64,000 nt of DNA, taken from NCBI GenBank assembly GCA_036172245.1, contig JAYWIR010000007.1, positions 2,976,001-3,040,000 on the forward strand, given 5' to 3'. Positions 26,301 to 38,935 of this stretch are shown here, piece by piece; the stretch's first letter is position 1, and every line of letters starts with the position of its first letter. The position numbers and the translations under genes are program-made. The DNA is from Raillietiella orientalis (taxonomy: Eukaryota). The notes under the pieces are model-generated. The model had not been told where the DNA came from. It did not search any database and saw only the letters and a program-made list of their open reading frames with translations.

Positions 26301-29044
26301 TTCTTCCTTTAATTTAGACTCATCAGAAACAGAAGTTCCCTGTGATTCGAGAGGGATCGAGACCGGAAACCGAAGCGCTTTTTTCATGATTTCGTGTGCC
26401 ATGAAATGCAAGTTTGTGAACCGACCACACCATAAGATTGGGGGTTGCCACATGAGCAGAGGGTATCATCTGTTTGAGTGTCGGTGCATACTCCAATCAA
26501 CTTTTGCACAAGGAGGTCTGAAGGGAACGTGGAATTGTCGAAAGAGCTCATCGGGAGGAAGTTAGAAAAAGATGCTAACGGTTAAAATTAAGGATCTCTG
26601 GACCCGCAAAGTTTTCCCGAGATAAACCCGTGTTTGCCAGAGAAGAGCGATTTTCAGATTCTTCAATGTTTCTTGTTCCAAAGTGCAAGAGCATTCGAGA
26701 GTGTTCCCAAGGAAAATTAGATTCCAGCAAGATTGGAAGATGCAGTTTCCCTAGTGAGGAACGAATGATCACATGGAATCAACGCACTGGTATTTCATAC
26801 GAACCGGTAGCTCATACCGAACTCTGGTTTCTATCTGACGAGCAAACGCGATTCATATTTTCGAAGCATTTGTGGCTCAAGCTGCTTCTTCTATCTCATT
26901 CCTCTTCCCCTTCAAGGATAATTGCATCATCGAACGTCTTTGCCACGGCATGCTTTATCGGAACCCTATTTCTTTTCTCATCAGTGTCCTTTCCAGCGAG
27001 CAGTCTACAGGCAGCTCCGCGACCAGATGCTCTCCTGTCTGTTCTAAAGGTACACGGACACGAAGAAGGCGCCCACTTCGAAATCAATTTCACTGTCGTG
27101 TACAAGATGCAGATTGTCGGTGGCAAGTGCCTGCCTCACTCTCGTTCGAAATGCAACTCTGCAGCAGCAGCACTTTCCTAAAGGTGACTTCGCACATCTT
27201 CATGCGTTTGCATTTTGACACTCTCCAGCCACCTCAGTGGAATGCTTGGAGAGCTGAGCTAAAAACTCCACATTTCTACACTCGTGCGTACTCGCTCATC
27301 TTCAGCTTCAGTTTTGCACTTCAGTTCGGCCAGCACTTTGCATTAAGGCAAGATCTACAGTTTCGGGGCTGCCGTCCTCTCAGAGCAATGAGATCACCTG
27401 CTGCCATCCCTGAAAAAACACTCCTGTATCTCAGAAGGACCACAGCCGCTTGCTGTGCTCCTTAGTGTCCAGGAGTGTTCAAGATCATGGATTTTCTGTA
27501 CAGGCATCAGGACAAGGAAGGAAGAAGACAGAAAATACGAGACGTGTGCCTTAGAAACAACAAAAAAGAAAATAGAATGAACTGGAATCTACCCTGAGGC
27601 CACTGAGGGATACGTAAGCGCGTTCAAAGTTCCGATAAGCAAAGTAAGAGGAAACTCAGTCTGCAAGTTGACAAACCGGGATGCTCTGGTTGTGTAAGAA
27701 ATTTTCTCAAGAAGGATTCCAGATTTGTGTATGTGTGAGTTTTTTTTTTCTTCTAAGAAAGCACAAAGCATGAAGAAATCAGAATCAGTCAGTCAATCAA
27801 TTCCTATTTCCCTTTATTAGGATCCAGCAAATCCAGCGACATCTCATAGACACAAGAGGAGGTACTGAATTTCCAAAAGTGTCGCTAGAATCTCTGTAAT
27901 CTGTAAAAGGCAAGAGTCGTTTTTCAACTGTTGACCACTACGAGAAGGCAATGTCATTTCCGTTTTCTGATACTCGAGAAGTGACCTCGAGGCTCGTCCC
28001 GTCAGGATTCTAGCGAATCCTTGCACGTGAACCTCCGAGCACTATCAAGAGATTTCAAATCTGGAAGACTAACTGCAGTTGCGTGGAAGGCAAAGAACAA
28101 AAGAAGGAAATCATACCTCACTCTCAGGATAAATGCAAATGGAGTTCTGCAAAGTTTTCGACCACTGATCGATGAAGCAAGAGGTGGAAAAAAGATCCTG
28201 GAGAACAGAGTGTTCAGCGACTATCGTGACAACATGACGCCTATCGTGACTGCATTTAAGTTTAAGGAAGCTGTCTTGAATTATTTACATCAGAAGTTTA
28301 AAGATGCCCACTTGACATCTTTAAACTTCGCCCTTTCTTCTTGATCCTTCGTTTCTTGGTCTATGGATTTTTCTCTTGCAAAATTTACTGTAGAACAGTG
28401 TAAACTGCCCATCTTCAACCAGTTCCAAGAATAGAAAGATATACATGGAAATCTTGTATTCTTGTATACAAGATCTTTTTCTCTTTACTCCTGATGTCTG
28501 CATGCATCGCGTCAGCGGAATTTTTCTTGGATTTTTCCTCCCAGAAAGGCTCATGCATGCCAGGAGAACTTCCAGGCGGAGGGAGAGGAATTCTCAGAAA
28601 TTGGAATCCTGCTGGTACTTCTGAAATTTCCTTTCCTGTCTTTAGAATCACCACGGGGTCCAATCTCAGCCAGGCTGAGGTCATTAGACAGCTTGTGTTG
28701 TTCCACTCCAGCATAGTGTCAGGGAGCGCACGCAGATCTGCTCCGCCTTCTTTTTTCATTTCCCAAGTCAGGCGTCCTCCGAGTAATCTTTGCCGCTTCA
28801 CGCAACTCTTCAACAAGTCTCTGTCATTTTTCATAAGTGTGTGCGTGGATGCCGTGCGGAAAATTCTCATCATGTACAATGCATTACCCCTGAGAATGTC
28901 CCAAGCATACATTGCACAAAGGAAAGTAAGCATTGGAACAGATCGTGCTCTTATGTGTGCATCCGTTCGTCATATTCGGTGTGAACGCAATGTATGTATG
29001 GGTACATCCGTTATCCCAATTGCACCACTGTATTTCCTTTTTTT

Positions 29045-29048
<4 letters not shown>

Positions 29049-29082
<34 letters not shown>

Positions 29083-29099
29083 TGTGTGTGTGTGTGTGT
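29049..29099. repeat. (TG)n microsatellite preceded by a poly-T run
   Basis: About 25 TG units with one TA interruption. Confidence 0.95.
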
Positions 29100-30700
29100 T
29101 GATCATGGGAAGGAAGAATGGAGGGAACGGTTTTCCCTTTTCCCGTCATGCGTAGCTAAGTAAACATTAGAGAAATCATCCCAGGCATATAGTGTGAAGG
29201 GATGCTCCGGACTATAAAGGAAGGCAGAATTCCTCCGCGTAAAATTATTGATAATTGCAGCTGAAATTCCCCAACGGATTGCACTCCGCTGATGCTGGAA
29301 ATCCCTTCCTGGGCTGTTTGATTCGTTGTGTTGGAACCATTTAAGAAATTGCCTACTCGATGAAACCTAGTCTCGCTGGCCTGGTCGAGATGATGCCTAC
29401 CTTCGAGGAACAAGTGCACTCGAGAACTGGCGGGACGTCGCAATCGGGTTAAGCAAGCATGATGAGAGAATGTGTTCCATCTGGGGAGAGTGAGCATCGC
29501 GCCATCACAGTCACGGAGGTGCTTAGCGACGTTTAAACAACGCTGCCTTCTTCATCTGAATTAGGTGTGATCCCGAAGGGTTAGCCACGGCTCGCGAATA
29601 TACTCATTTTTCTGTGTTATAGGAAGCGGTAGCTGGATGTATGCAGATGACAGGAGCGCTAATGAAATGTCAGGTGGATGAATAATCATAATTAATGGAA
29701 ATGGCGCTGTGTTCATCGATGTTGCATCTGTTCCTCCTTTCCTGTCAGAATACACACAGTACACGCAGTTAAGGAATGTCTCGAGAAGTGGAACTCCCCA
29801 TTTTTTAGGGGGAGTCCTTTTTTTTTTTTTTAAAGACATGATGACTTTTTTCTTTTTTTTTTCTTAAGTGACTGACGTTGGGAATGGAACTGTTGAGAAG
29901 CACTGACTGCCGGCTTGTAGATTGTGTGAAACGTTTTTGACCTCCTATTTAGAATGTATCGAGATCCCATTTTTATTACCAGTTTGAAGGAAAAAAAGAA
30001 AGGCCTGCAACTCGTCTCTGAAGCAGAAAGTGACGACGTGCCCGGCGTATTTTCCTTGTCAAGAATTCCACGAACTATGGAAACATCGTTTCGAGAGGAG
30101 ATGCTGGACGAACAGACGCGCAGTCTCCTGGAAGTTCGAATTGAAAAGTTCTTTAACTTTTGAATTCGAAGAGGAGACTTGAGATTCCCCGCCTTCGCAG
30201 ATCGTCCCAAGCAGTTTTAAAACTGAAAGGGGGCTTGAAACGAAAAGTGTCCTTAGGATGCTTTTCAAAAAAACGAATGGGCTTCATTTTCACTTTTATG
30301 CGATATGCGGGAGTAGCCGACTGATGTGAACGATGGGATAATAATAGCTGGGGACCATAAAAAGATGATTTTTTTTTGTAGAAACTGTGGAAGGTAGAAT
30401 AACTTGCACAGTCATACAGAATTTGGCTAAAGAAGTGCTCCTCTCCCCCTCCCAAAACGAAGAGCAACTCCAAGAAAACATTGTAAAAGCAGGTCCAGTA
30501 TAACCAAATGAGCCTCTACTTTTCGTACGTGATGCGATCTCTTTCAAGAGTTTCCCAAATGACTTCCAGGCATATCGACATACACCATGCTGCTCTGTGC
30601 TCCTTACAAATAGACAATTGCAAGAATTTTTTTTTCGGATCGTTAGAGATAAAAAGTTGGAGACACCTGATATGAATAATAAACCTGACTGCTCCTTGGT

Positions 30701-30847
30701 GAAATAAAAATTAGCATGGTACGCAGAAAAAAAAAAAAAAAAAACAGAGCGTCAGCCATCATCAAACGGGGATTGCAATTACGCTCTTGACAAGAATCCT
30801 TAAAGTTTTATGCATTCATTTGCAGCAAAGCGGAAGCTCCTGTTTGG
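30701..30847 (+). repeat. Left copy of a near-identical ~145-bp direct repeat
   Basis: Identical to 33764-33907 apart from one substitution (taaagtttt vs taaaatttt) and an A-run of 18 vs 15. Confidence 0.95.
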
Positions 30848-33763
30848 TTGACATGCAGCCCTATAATTAATAGGAAAGTGTTACCGACTCTGGTTACTGA
30901 CTTCGGAATCTCCCTCGCCTGGAGGCAAAGACAAACTGCACTGCGTGGCAAATGACGTAGGGATAAGAACACTTCGTAAGCTGGAATACGAAGTGACTGC
31001 TGTGAGCGTCGTTCACCAAAGATGGAATTCTCCGTACCCAAAGCTCTCTCGAGCGGCGACGTGATCACGTGGCCCAGGGGCACAAAGTGTGGTGAATACG
31101 AAGGCAGAACTGCCCCACGTCGCTTGCCACTCAGTGCAGTTTCTGCTTTCTTTCGAGCGAGGGAGATTCCAGAGATGCATGCGGATGTGTGTGTGTGCGT
31201 GCATGTGGACGATCATCCGAGTGTGGATGCTCAGCCGAGCGAGAGCGGACTGCCGACATCTGAGCGCGACGGGCTGTGGAAGTGGAGTGCAGACCAGGAA
31301 CAGGGAAAGAACTTCCGGGAACTTCGGTTCCAATAATGCCGCACACGTGCTTACTTGACTGAAAATGATTCGTGCTCCGCCGATTCACAGCATTGTTGCC
31401 AGCACGTCCTTGAAGCCAACAATGCGCGGCGCTTATTCTTGGGACAACAATGGGTGTGCGCTTTGCGTGCGCATTGTTGGCTCCTCCTTTTGGCTCTTCC
31501 GTGGTCCCCCCGCTCCTTGGAAGTAGCAAACCCAACCAGTTTTGCTCTGACGTAGAAAAAGCCGGGAAGCAGGAAGATCACGGGAGATGCCGTTGCTGGG
31601 ATGTGCGCAGAGCACAGAGCCTCATGTGGCATGCGGAATCTGCGGGCTGGCTTCTCTCCTACATACCTTGGAAGGTGTATGGCGCGCGCTTGGCTAAATA
31701 GCGACACGGCTGAGAGAAGGTTCCCAGAAACGGCAAGAAGTGGGGGACCTTGAACTTCTCGCCTGACCTGGCAGCGAAGGAGGGGCAGGGACTATCCCAC
31801 CTGGTTCACACTCTTTCGAGTGCCTTTCTTGAATCTGCTCAGACTCCCGGCGCACATGCTGGGCCTTTCCTAAGAGAGATCGTCTCGTCTCAGGGGGAGC
31901 ATCATCGTAAGTGCGGAGATCATGGATCCATCGGCAGGACGATCAGGCCGCGTTCCTGAGAGGAAACGAAGGGACCCTCCTTCCCTAGAGGATGCACGCG
32001 CCCAGAATCAGCGCACGTTGTTAAACAAGTTCGTCCGTCCATCTCCTGTGGTGATTGCTGTGGTTTTTTTTTGAACCAGAAAAGCGAGGCAGGATATCGG
32101 TTAAAGGCTGTGACTCAAGTACCAGTCCACTCACATTCGTCTCCCATCCCTCCTTCCTAATTGTCCGGGAGATGAGGAGAGGACTGGAGCTTGCCGAAGA
32201 AAGGGGCGATCTCCAGGTGCTGCACGTCTTCGATCAGCAATCAAAATGGAGGCGAACAAAACAGACCATACGGTATAAGAAGTCAGCGGTATCACTCACC
32301 TCTGCCTCCTGTTTCCCTCCTGTTATCACTTCTACTACTCTCTTTTCTGTAGCTTTGCTCCCTAGGAACGTTTCCCACAGGGTTCGCTGTCATCGCTAAA
32401 TCAAGGGAACGGTTCCGGGTTATCGGAAGAGCCGTTCTTTTCAACTTGTCAGAGGGAGGTTTTCTTCCTGGCTCCGAGGAAAGGAGGGTCTGTTATGTGC
32501 CCTCCATGGATAGCTGCTTGCTGTTTTTCCCCGGTTGCGCACGCTTGCTGGAGTCATCGGGACCATCATGCTTCTACCTTCTATCCCTTCACTCCACCGT
32601 GCGACTTTAGCAATACCTACCGTTCCGCATGCACGTGACAGGCAGGTGGAATGCGCTACCTATGTTTTCTGGAAAACGGATCAACCTGCTACTTAAATCT
32701 GTCCTCTAGAGCCTGCTCTTCTAAGGGAGTCTCCCTGAAGGAGGGGGGGAGGGGAAGAAGGGGAGCGAAGAATTTGTGAGTTCCTTCTTCTAGTTTCTGT
32801 TCCTCAATTCCACCGAGGTCATCTGAGGACCATGGGAACGGGGGGGGGGAGGAGAATCAGTGGAGCTGGTGCCTTTGCTCCATACTCTTTTCCTCTTCCT
32901 GACCCTTAACAGCGCTGAACGCGGTCCCTTCCGGTTGGATCTCATCCGCGTGTCATCTGCACTTCCAAAATGCATGCATAGAGGAGAGATCTCTCATCAA
33001 GGACACGTTGCTGATCTTCCTCTCCCTCCCATTCTCCCCGTCCCGTGTTGTGCTTTCATTTCTGGAGGCGTGAAGGAGAGGCGGGGGAATTGGTCGGGAA
33101 GCTGGCACACACGCGAGCGAGCTTGGAGGAAGGGAGGAAGCTAGGGAAAGCAGCAGTAGACCAAGGCGCCTCAGCGCCTCAAGAGGAAGAAAGGAAACAC
33201 TGCGGAAGGGAGGAAAGGGGAAGAGAGGGCGAGACGCTCCTACGTGATAGCTTCCGGCTTGCAGATGCAACTCCGGATGGAAAAAACAAGACGCACGTCC
33301 TGTTCTTGTGTACACGGTGGATCACTGGATCGGGCATCCACCGGAAAGCAGGAACGGTGGAGAGGAGGATGAGAAAGGAATAAAGGGCAGGGAAGGGTGC
33401 TTTTCGGATGCATCCTAAGTAGCGAAGAGGAAGGATAGAACAGCTCCCCTGTGTGTGTGTGTGTTTTTTCCATCCGTGGTCGCAACGAGAGAAAGGGGGC
33501 CATCTCTTGACTGAAACCGAAACTCCGTTTTCTCCGAACGCGAGACGGGTGGCTACTCCAGGGAGAGCTCGTGGGTCTCTCCTGAGAGTCCACTTCCTTC
33601 TTGTTACGGTTCCTCCTTTTTGTGTGTGTTTTCTCTTTTCGTTCCGGAAAGGAGTAAATGGGTCCACTGGTGCAGGCTCTGATGGGGGAACTCCGTCTTT
33701 CGGTTCCCACAAACAGGGTACGAGACGAGCGAAGACGGAAAGGGGCGCTGCCCTTTCCGTCTA

Positions 33764-33907
33764 GAAATAAAAATTAGCATGGTACGCAGAAAAAAAAAAA
33801 AAAACAGAGCGTCAGCCATCATCAAACGGGGATTGCAATTACGCTCTTGACAAGAATCCTTAAAATTTTATGCATTCATTTGCAGCAAAGCGGAAGCTCC
33901 TGTTTGG
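33764..33907 (+). repeat. Right copy of the near-identical ~145-bp direct repeat
   Basis: gaaataaaaattagcatggtacgcag(A)n cagagcgtcagcc..cggaagctcctgtttgg, as at 30701-30847. Confidence 0.95.
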
Positions 33908-36130
33908 GAGGACGGCTTTTCATGTTGCCTTCTCTAGAAGAAGTTTACAGGAAGAGGATGAAACAGAGCATGGGGCCATTACGAGAAGGAAAAAGCAGGG
34001 AATACATGTCTTCACGCCTGCGGCCTGCGAGTTCATGGAGGAGACACGAACGACCGGAGACGGAGGCGTGGAAGAATGACAAGAAGGATGCTGAGCAGCG
34101 TTGGAGCGCTGGCTGTGCATCCAGGCTGCCAGCTCTGTTCTCAAGGAATTTATCCGTTGGCGTCTGGACGTCCTCCACAGTTTGCCGCATTTACGTAGCT
34201 TGCGCGACGAGGGCGAGTGGGACGACGGACCAGGAGATACGTCCCACAGTCACGAGGCTCTTTCTTGAAAGCATGTGTTTGCAGCTTCCTGTTCCAGCTA
34301 CATCCAAGGGAACGGGAACCGCATGCTTCCAAGAGTCCTCAGGTTCACCCACGCAGGTAAGTTCACTGCAGAAAATCCCAAATGAGACTTGTCTGGAGGT
34401 TTGGATCGAGGGAAATTTCGTCATGAAAACCTAAAAAGCGCTAGGAGGGTGATCCCGATTCTTTTATCACGCCATTCCCGGACAGCAATTTCGAGGAATA
34501 CTGTGGCGAGGTTCAGGAGCACTCGCTTGATGAACTCATCGATCTAGTGGATGATCCCCGGGGTACGCATGGGTCTCAGGGAATTACGAGTAGCGCTTTG
34601 CTTCTGTAAATTCTCAGCCGTCGGGCCTCGCCAAAGGAGCCTCTGAATCTCAGTGAGACCTTTGAGAACTGCCGAGGGGTTCTTCAAGTCCAGGTGGAAT
34701 GGATTCACAAATGTTCTGCTGCTTTCCTAGACAGAAAGATGCTCACAGGCTAGCATGAGATTTCAGGTCGCTACTGAAAAGGAGCTACCATCGAGGACGT
34801 CCCCTGAGAGGTCACGCAAATGCCTCTCGTTTGAGAAAGATTCTCAAGAAAGATTCAGTTAATCGGAAGCAAACTAAAACGTGAGCCCTCAGGGTGACCT
34901 TGAAGAAGGCTAAATGACCTACAACAAGAACAACGGCTTCGAGTGAATGCTCGTGAGGACATTCGTGTACTCAGCTGGCGCTGGTGATGATGGTGAGTGA
35001 GACATCCATATCCTATCTTGAAGGCCTTCATAAAGAAATGAGTAGTAGTGACAGTCTGCGCAGGAAGTCTATACCGTTCCATCATCCACAGCCGGGGAAA
35101 AAAGTGGTCAAGGAGTGGGATGCTCGCCCCCTGTAGCGTCAGCATGAGATGTGATAATCTCGATGGAAAAGTCTTTGGTGGATGCAGAAGCGAGCGCTCT
35201 CAGATACCACAAAGGTACATTTATGTAAAGATAGCTCACGGACTGCCCTACTCCATTCTTTGCAAGCATTTCTCAATGCAGCGTGCTAACGGCCGTTGTT
35301 TCAACTCACCATGGATGCTGTGCGTGCTGCGAGGCTGCGATCGGAAAAAAAGGATTCCTGGAGGTCCGTCCAAATTAAAAGGCCGATGCGACGATTTTGT
35401 TTGCGATAAGCACAGAAAACATATTCACAGCATTTCCGACAAGGTGATTGACAGTTTCATTTGTCTCTACTTTAATGGTCTTACAAAGCGTTCTCTCACA
35501 AATGCAAAACACTGTTCCTTCTTCTAGCAGGAAACGAATCATTTAATACATCTTCTAGTCAAATGAGGATCGCATTGTGGGAATAGGGATGCGTGCAAGA
35601 GCCTGCTCAATTTCGCTTATCCCCAGTTGAGCCACGTGAGAATTAAAATACTGGTAATTGCTGAAGATTATTTAAACGTCGCTTTTTAAAAGCAGCGGGT
35701 AATTGAACACTGATGCAGCAGTGAGCCTCTTAGAGACGTAATGGATTCGAAAAGACGTAAGTGAAATGAATTTTCTTTCTTTTCCTTGATTAAGAGAGCG
35801 CAAAAAAAAAAAAAAAGTCTGTTGATATGAAAGATTTCGCTAATCAGAATCTAGAAAAGGTGACTGTATAGGAATCCTTGGTAGGAATTTATGCCTCTGA
35901 TGCTGGAAAATTTCCCTTTTACAGGTTTTAGGCTCACTTTAACCTCATGAGACCCTCTTTTTGATTAACCCAATCCCATTTTCCGGTCCTAGAATCAATC
36001 GACTTCACCTTGAACTTATCAGAAGACATTTTAAAGACGAGTGGATTCCTAGACTCTTCATCTCCAGGAATTGTATCATGTCTCTCTCTGTGGAAATAAG
36101 TCATGGGATTTTGAGACCAGGACTGATTAT

Positions 36131-36930
36131 CACCCGGGTGCGCCGGGGCGTTTATTAAAAACTATCCGGGAACAGAGTTCCTGGACAAAGGGAAAAACAA
36201 GAGACGAAGGGGGTGGGATCCCCGACACGCAGGTCGGTATACCGAAAGTCCGGAACGGGAGGGAGGGGACCACAAATACACATATAAAAAATAGAAATAA
36301 AGATATGGGGAGGTGAGGGGACAGGGGTCTTTGGTTCGGCCGTTCCTTCCTTTCAGAACAGGCGATGGATGCCGGCGATCTCTCTCCTCACGCTCTCTGG
36401 TAGGTGGGCCCACTCGGCAGCCGACAACATGCTTGCACTGGCTAATCCGGTGGGCTGACGAAGGATGGCCAGCTTCTCCAACTCTCGGTGGGCCTTGTCG
36501 ATGAGGCGGGTGCAACAGACCGTTGCGATGACAGCACCTAAGGACAGGCCGCCTGGCGTGAAGAAGCGGTGCATCAAATCTCTTGCGGTGTCCCACTGGT
36601 GCAGGAGAGCTGAGGCCAGTCTCCGCCACAGTCCTTGGAGGACACCGCAGTCCAAGAGCAGGTACGGGAGCGTTCCCACTTCCTCGCAACGTTTACAGTT
36701 CGGGGAAACAACTCCCCCGGAAACACGGTTCGTCCGCTGGTTGGAGTGAAAACCCCAATGCACCAGTATGATGACGTCCTGCTTCCACGAAAGGGGGAAC
36801 ACAGAAGTGTTCAAACAGGAGGGAGGGACCACAAGTTCTTCGGGGGGCACACTCAAGTGTTCACTCCACCGAAGGAGTCCCTTCGGAACGAGACCAGGAC
36901 TGACGAACAGTGATGCTGACAATGATTACG
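36131..36930 (-). mobile_element. Best-preserved 5'-truncated L1/Tx1-like copy (E): open ORF2 C-terminus plus full 3' UTR
   Basis: ORF 36353-36922: VHWGFHSN..SPNCKRCEEVGTLPYLLLDCGVLQGLWRRLASALLHQWDTARDLMHRFFTPGGLSLGAVIA..EIAGIHRLF-stop. The UTR has the CCGACCTGCGTGTCGG hairpin and the terminus AATAAACGCCCCGGCGCACCCGGGTGA. Confidence 0.85.
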
Positions 36931-38905
36931 GACACGCGACAAAAAAAAGGCATCTCAGGTAGTAGGATTTGCCTTCCATCGGAAATCCCTTCTTGCTTCG
37001 ATTTGCAGCTGACTTCGGGACTTTCCTTCCAAACGATGTGTTTATTGCTTCCACACCGAAATTAATCTAAGGCAAAGCAGAAATCGTGAAAAAACTGCTT
37101 GGATGACCGAATTTCATTCACGAGATTTGCTTTTATATTCTATAAATTGGGGAAATAGCATAGGAGCTACTTAGAATGGAATGGATTCATCCTTTCCAGG
37201 AGAACGTTTCAGTATCAAGCCTTATCTGCCTTTTGAAAGTATAGCAGATTCAGCAGGTAGAATATTCTTGGAAGCCATTCGGAGAATTCACTGCAATTTC
37301 CGTGGTTGAACCGTGAGCATGAAAATGGCAAAAAAGACGCTCATCGATTTGAGCTCACTGCCTTTCTCATTACTGCTGATTTGTCCGGTGATTTTGTTAT
37401 TTTCTCAAGGCTCCATTGAAACACCATGTGCGTCTTCCTCTGTGCGAAAGTAGTGATGACCATCGGTTCCACAGATTTTTCTATCCTTCTCTTCTCGGAT
37501 AGCTGTAAATAACATTTACTTCCTGGAGGTCACACGGGATAGCAGGTGATTCCTTGTTGAAAGTGACATCTCCTGTGACGGAATTTGGAGTTTCAGAGAT
37601 CGAATTACAAAGATTCGGAACTGACCGGTCTAGATTACGCATCGCATATTCGAAGTGATATATTGTCACACATTACCAAGACTGTGTTTGTGTCTGGATG
37701 CATACAAAACAGAATCATGCAGGGCCTTTGAAAGAAATCACTCTGTGCTTTCCATCGAAAAGAGAATAATGGAAAGAGAAAATTATATAACAGAGAGCGA
37801 AAAAGCAGTAGACAAATAGGTGAATGCTTTTCTGGAAGTCCCATAATGCACAAAGGTATAGGAAAAAATATAGGAAAAAACACTCTGGAAAGTACGCTGA
37901 AGCTGTTAAAAGGAAAAAAAATCATCTTGCTTTGTTAAAGATATAAACTTGAAAACTACTTCTTGATATCAGCTTGTGGTCACACAGATAAATTGGCATC
38001 TGTGGTAAATGCTGAGCTTCCTGAGTTGATCGCTTGATTTCAGAGCAAGAGCTCTATGCGAAACAAAGAGATTCGCAATAAGAAAACTCACAATAGCATC
38101 TTATCCACGCAGATCTGTTCCCAAGGCGCTCAGGTCATTGGGAGTAGTTAGGCATTGGATACGCTTATCGGTCACAACGGCGACTAGATTAACCTGGGAT
38201 TAGACCACTACAAAAGGTAATCTTGAATCCCTATATTGTCCTTTCCGAGGGACACAAGCATCCCGATCTGGGGATGTGGATTTCCTGGAATCTAACTTGA
38301 AGGCAATAGGAGCCGTGATGCTAATCTTCACTGCCCGCCAGCATTGCTAAATGCCTGCAATCGCAACCCACTTCCGAAAAGTGGAAGAGAAAGGAATTAG
38401 CTGCTGCCACGACTCTTGCGACGCCAGAAGACAACTGCAGAGCACAGCTACTGTAGCTCCACAGTCACGATGCAGTCGACTGCGTCAAAGCATGTCAGAG
38501 CTTGGAAACTCGAGAACTTGTTTGAAAACCGCTATTTGGGAACAGTGCCTCCCTTGAACGGAATGAAAACGCGTGGTAGAAACGACGTTGCTAATTTTGA
38601 GGACTCTAAGAAGTTATTTGTGGCAGGAGATTTTCAAAATAAGGGATTAGTTAGTTAAAAGATGCAGGTCTCCTGAGCAGACTGCAAACTGGTATTTGGT
38701 TTTTGAGCCAAACGAAGAGGAACTTCGTTTGTACCTTGGGTTTCAGATCCCTAGGTGAAGCACGAACCAATAAAGTGGGTGCTGCCTAGATTGAATGGGA
38801 ATCCAAAGCAAGACGACAACGAAAAATTTGTTGGCTTGAATGAAGTTTCACAGCTCCTTGTGTTCCTCCTTGGGATTCTGACCAGAGATTCGTAAAAGGA
38901 GTTTG

Positions 38906-38935
38906 GAAGCGAAGATGAATGAAGCGAAGATGAAT
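38906..38935. repeat. Perfect 15-bp tandem duplication
   Basis: gaagcgaagatgaat twice. Confidence 0.85.

Noticed and set aside
14014..29102. Longer ORFs at 14014-14583, 24379-24990, 26630-27465 and 28415-29102
   Set aside because: Random-looking composition, no motifs, overlapping in several frames; one runs into the TG microsatellite.
30701..33907. Canonical LTR retrotransposon or TRIM
   Set aside because: No TG..CA termini, no evident TSD, primer-binding site or gag/pol remnants; kept only as an unexplained structure.
38180..38212. acctgggattagaccactac resembling a mitochondrial 12S conserved block (NUMT)
   Set aside because: The match is short and gapped, and the flanks are not rRNA-like.
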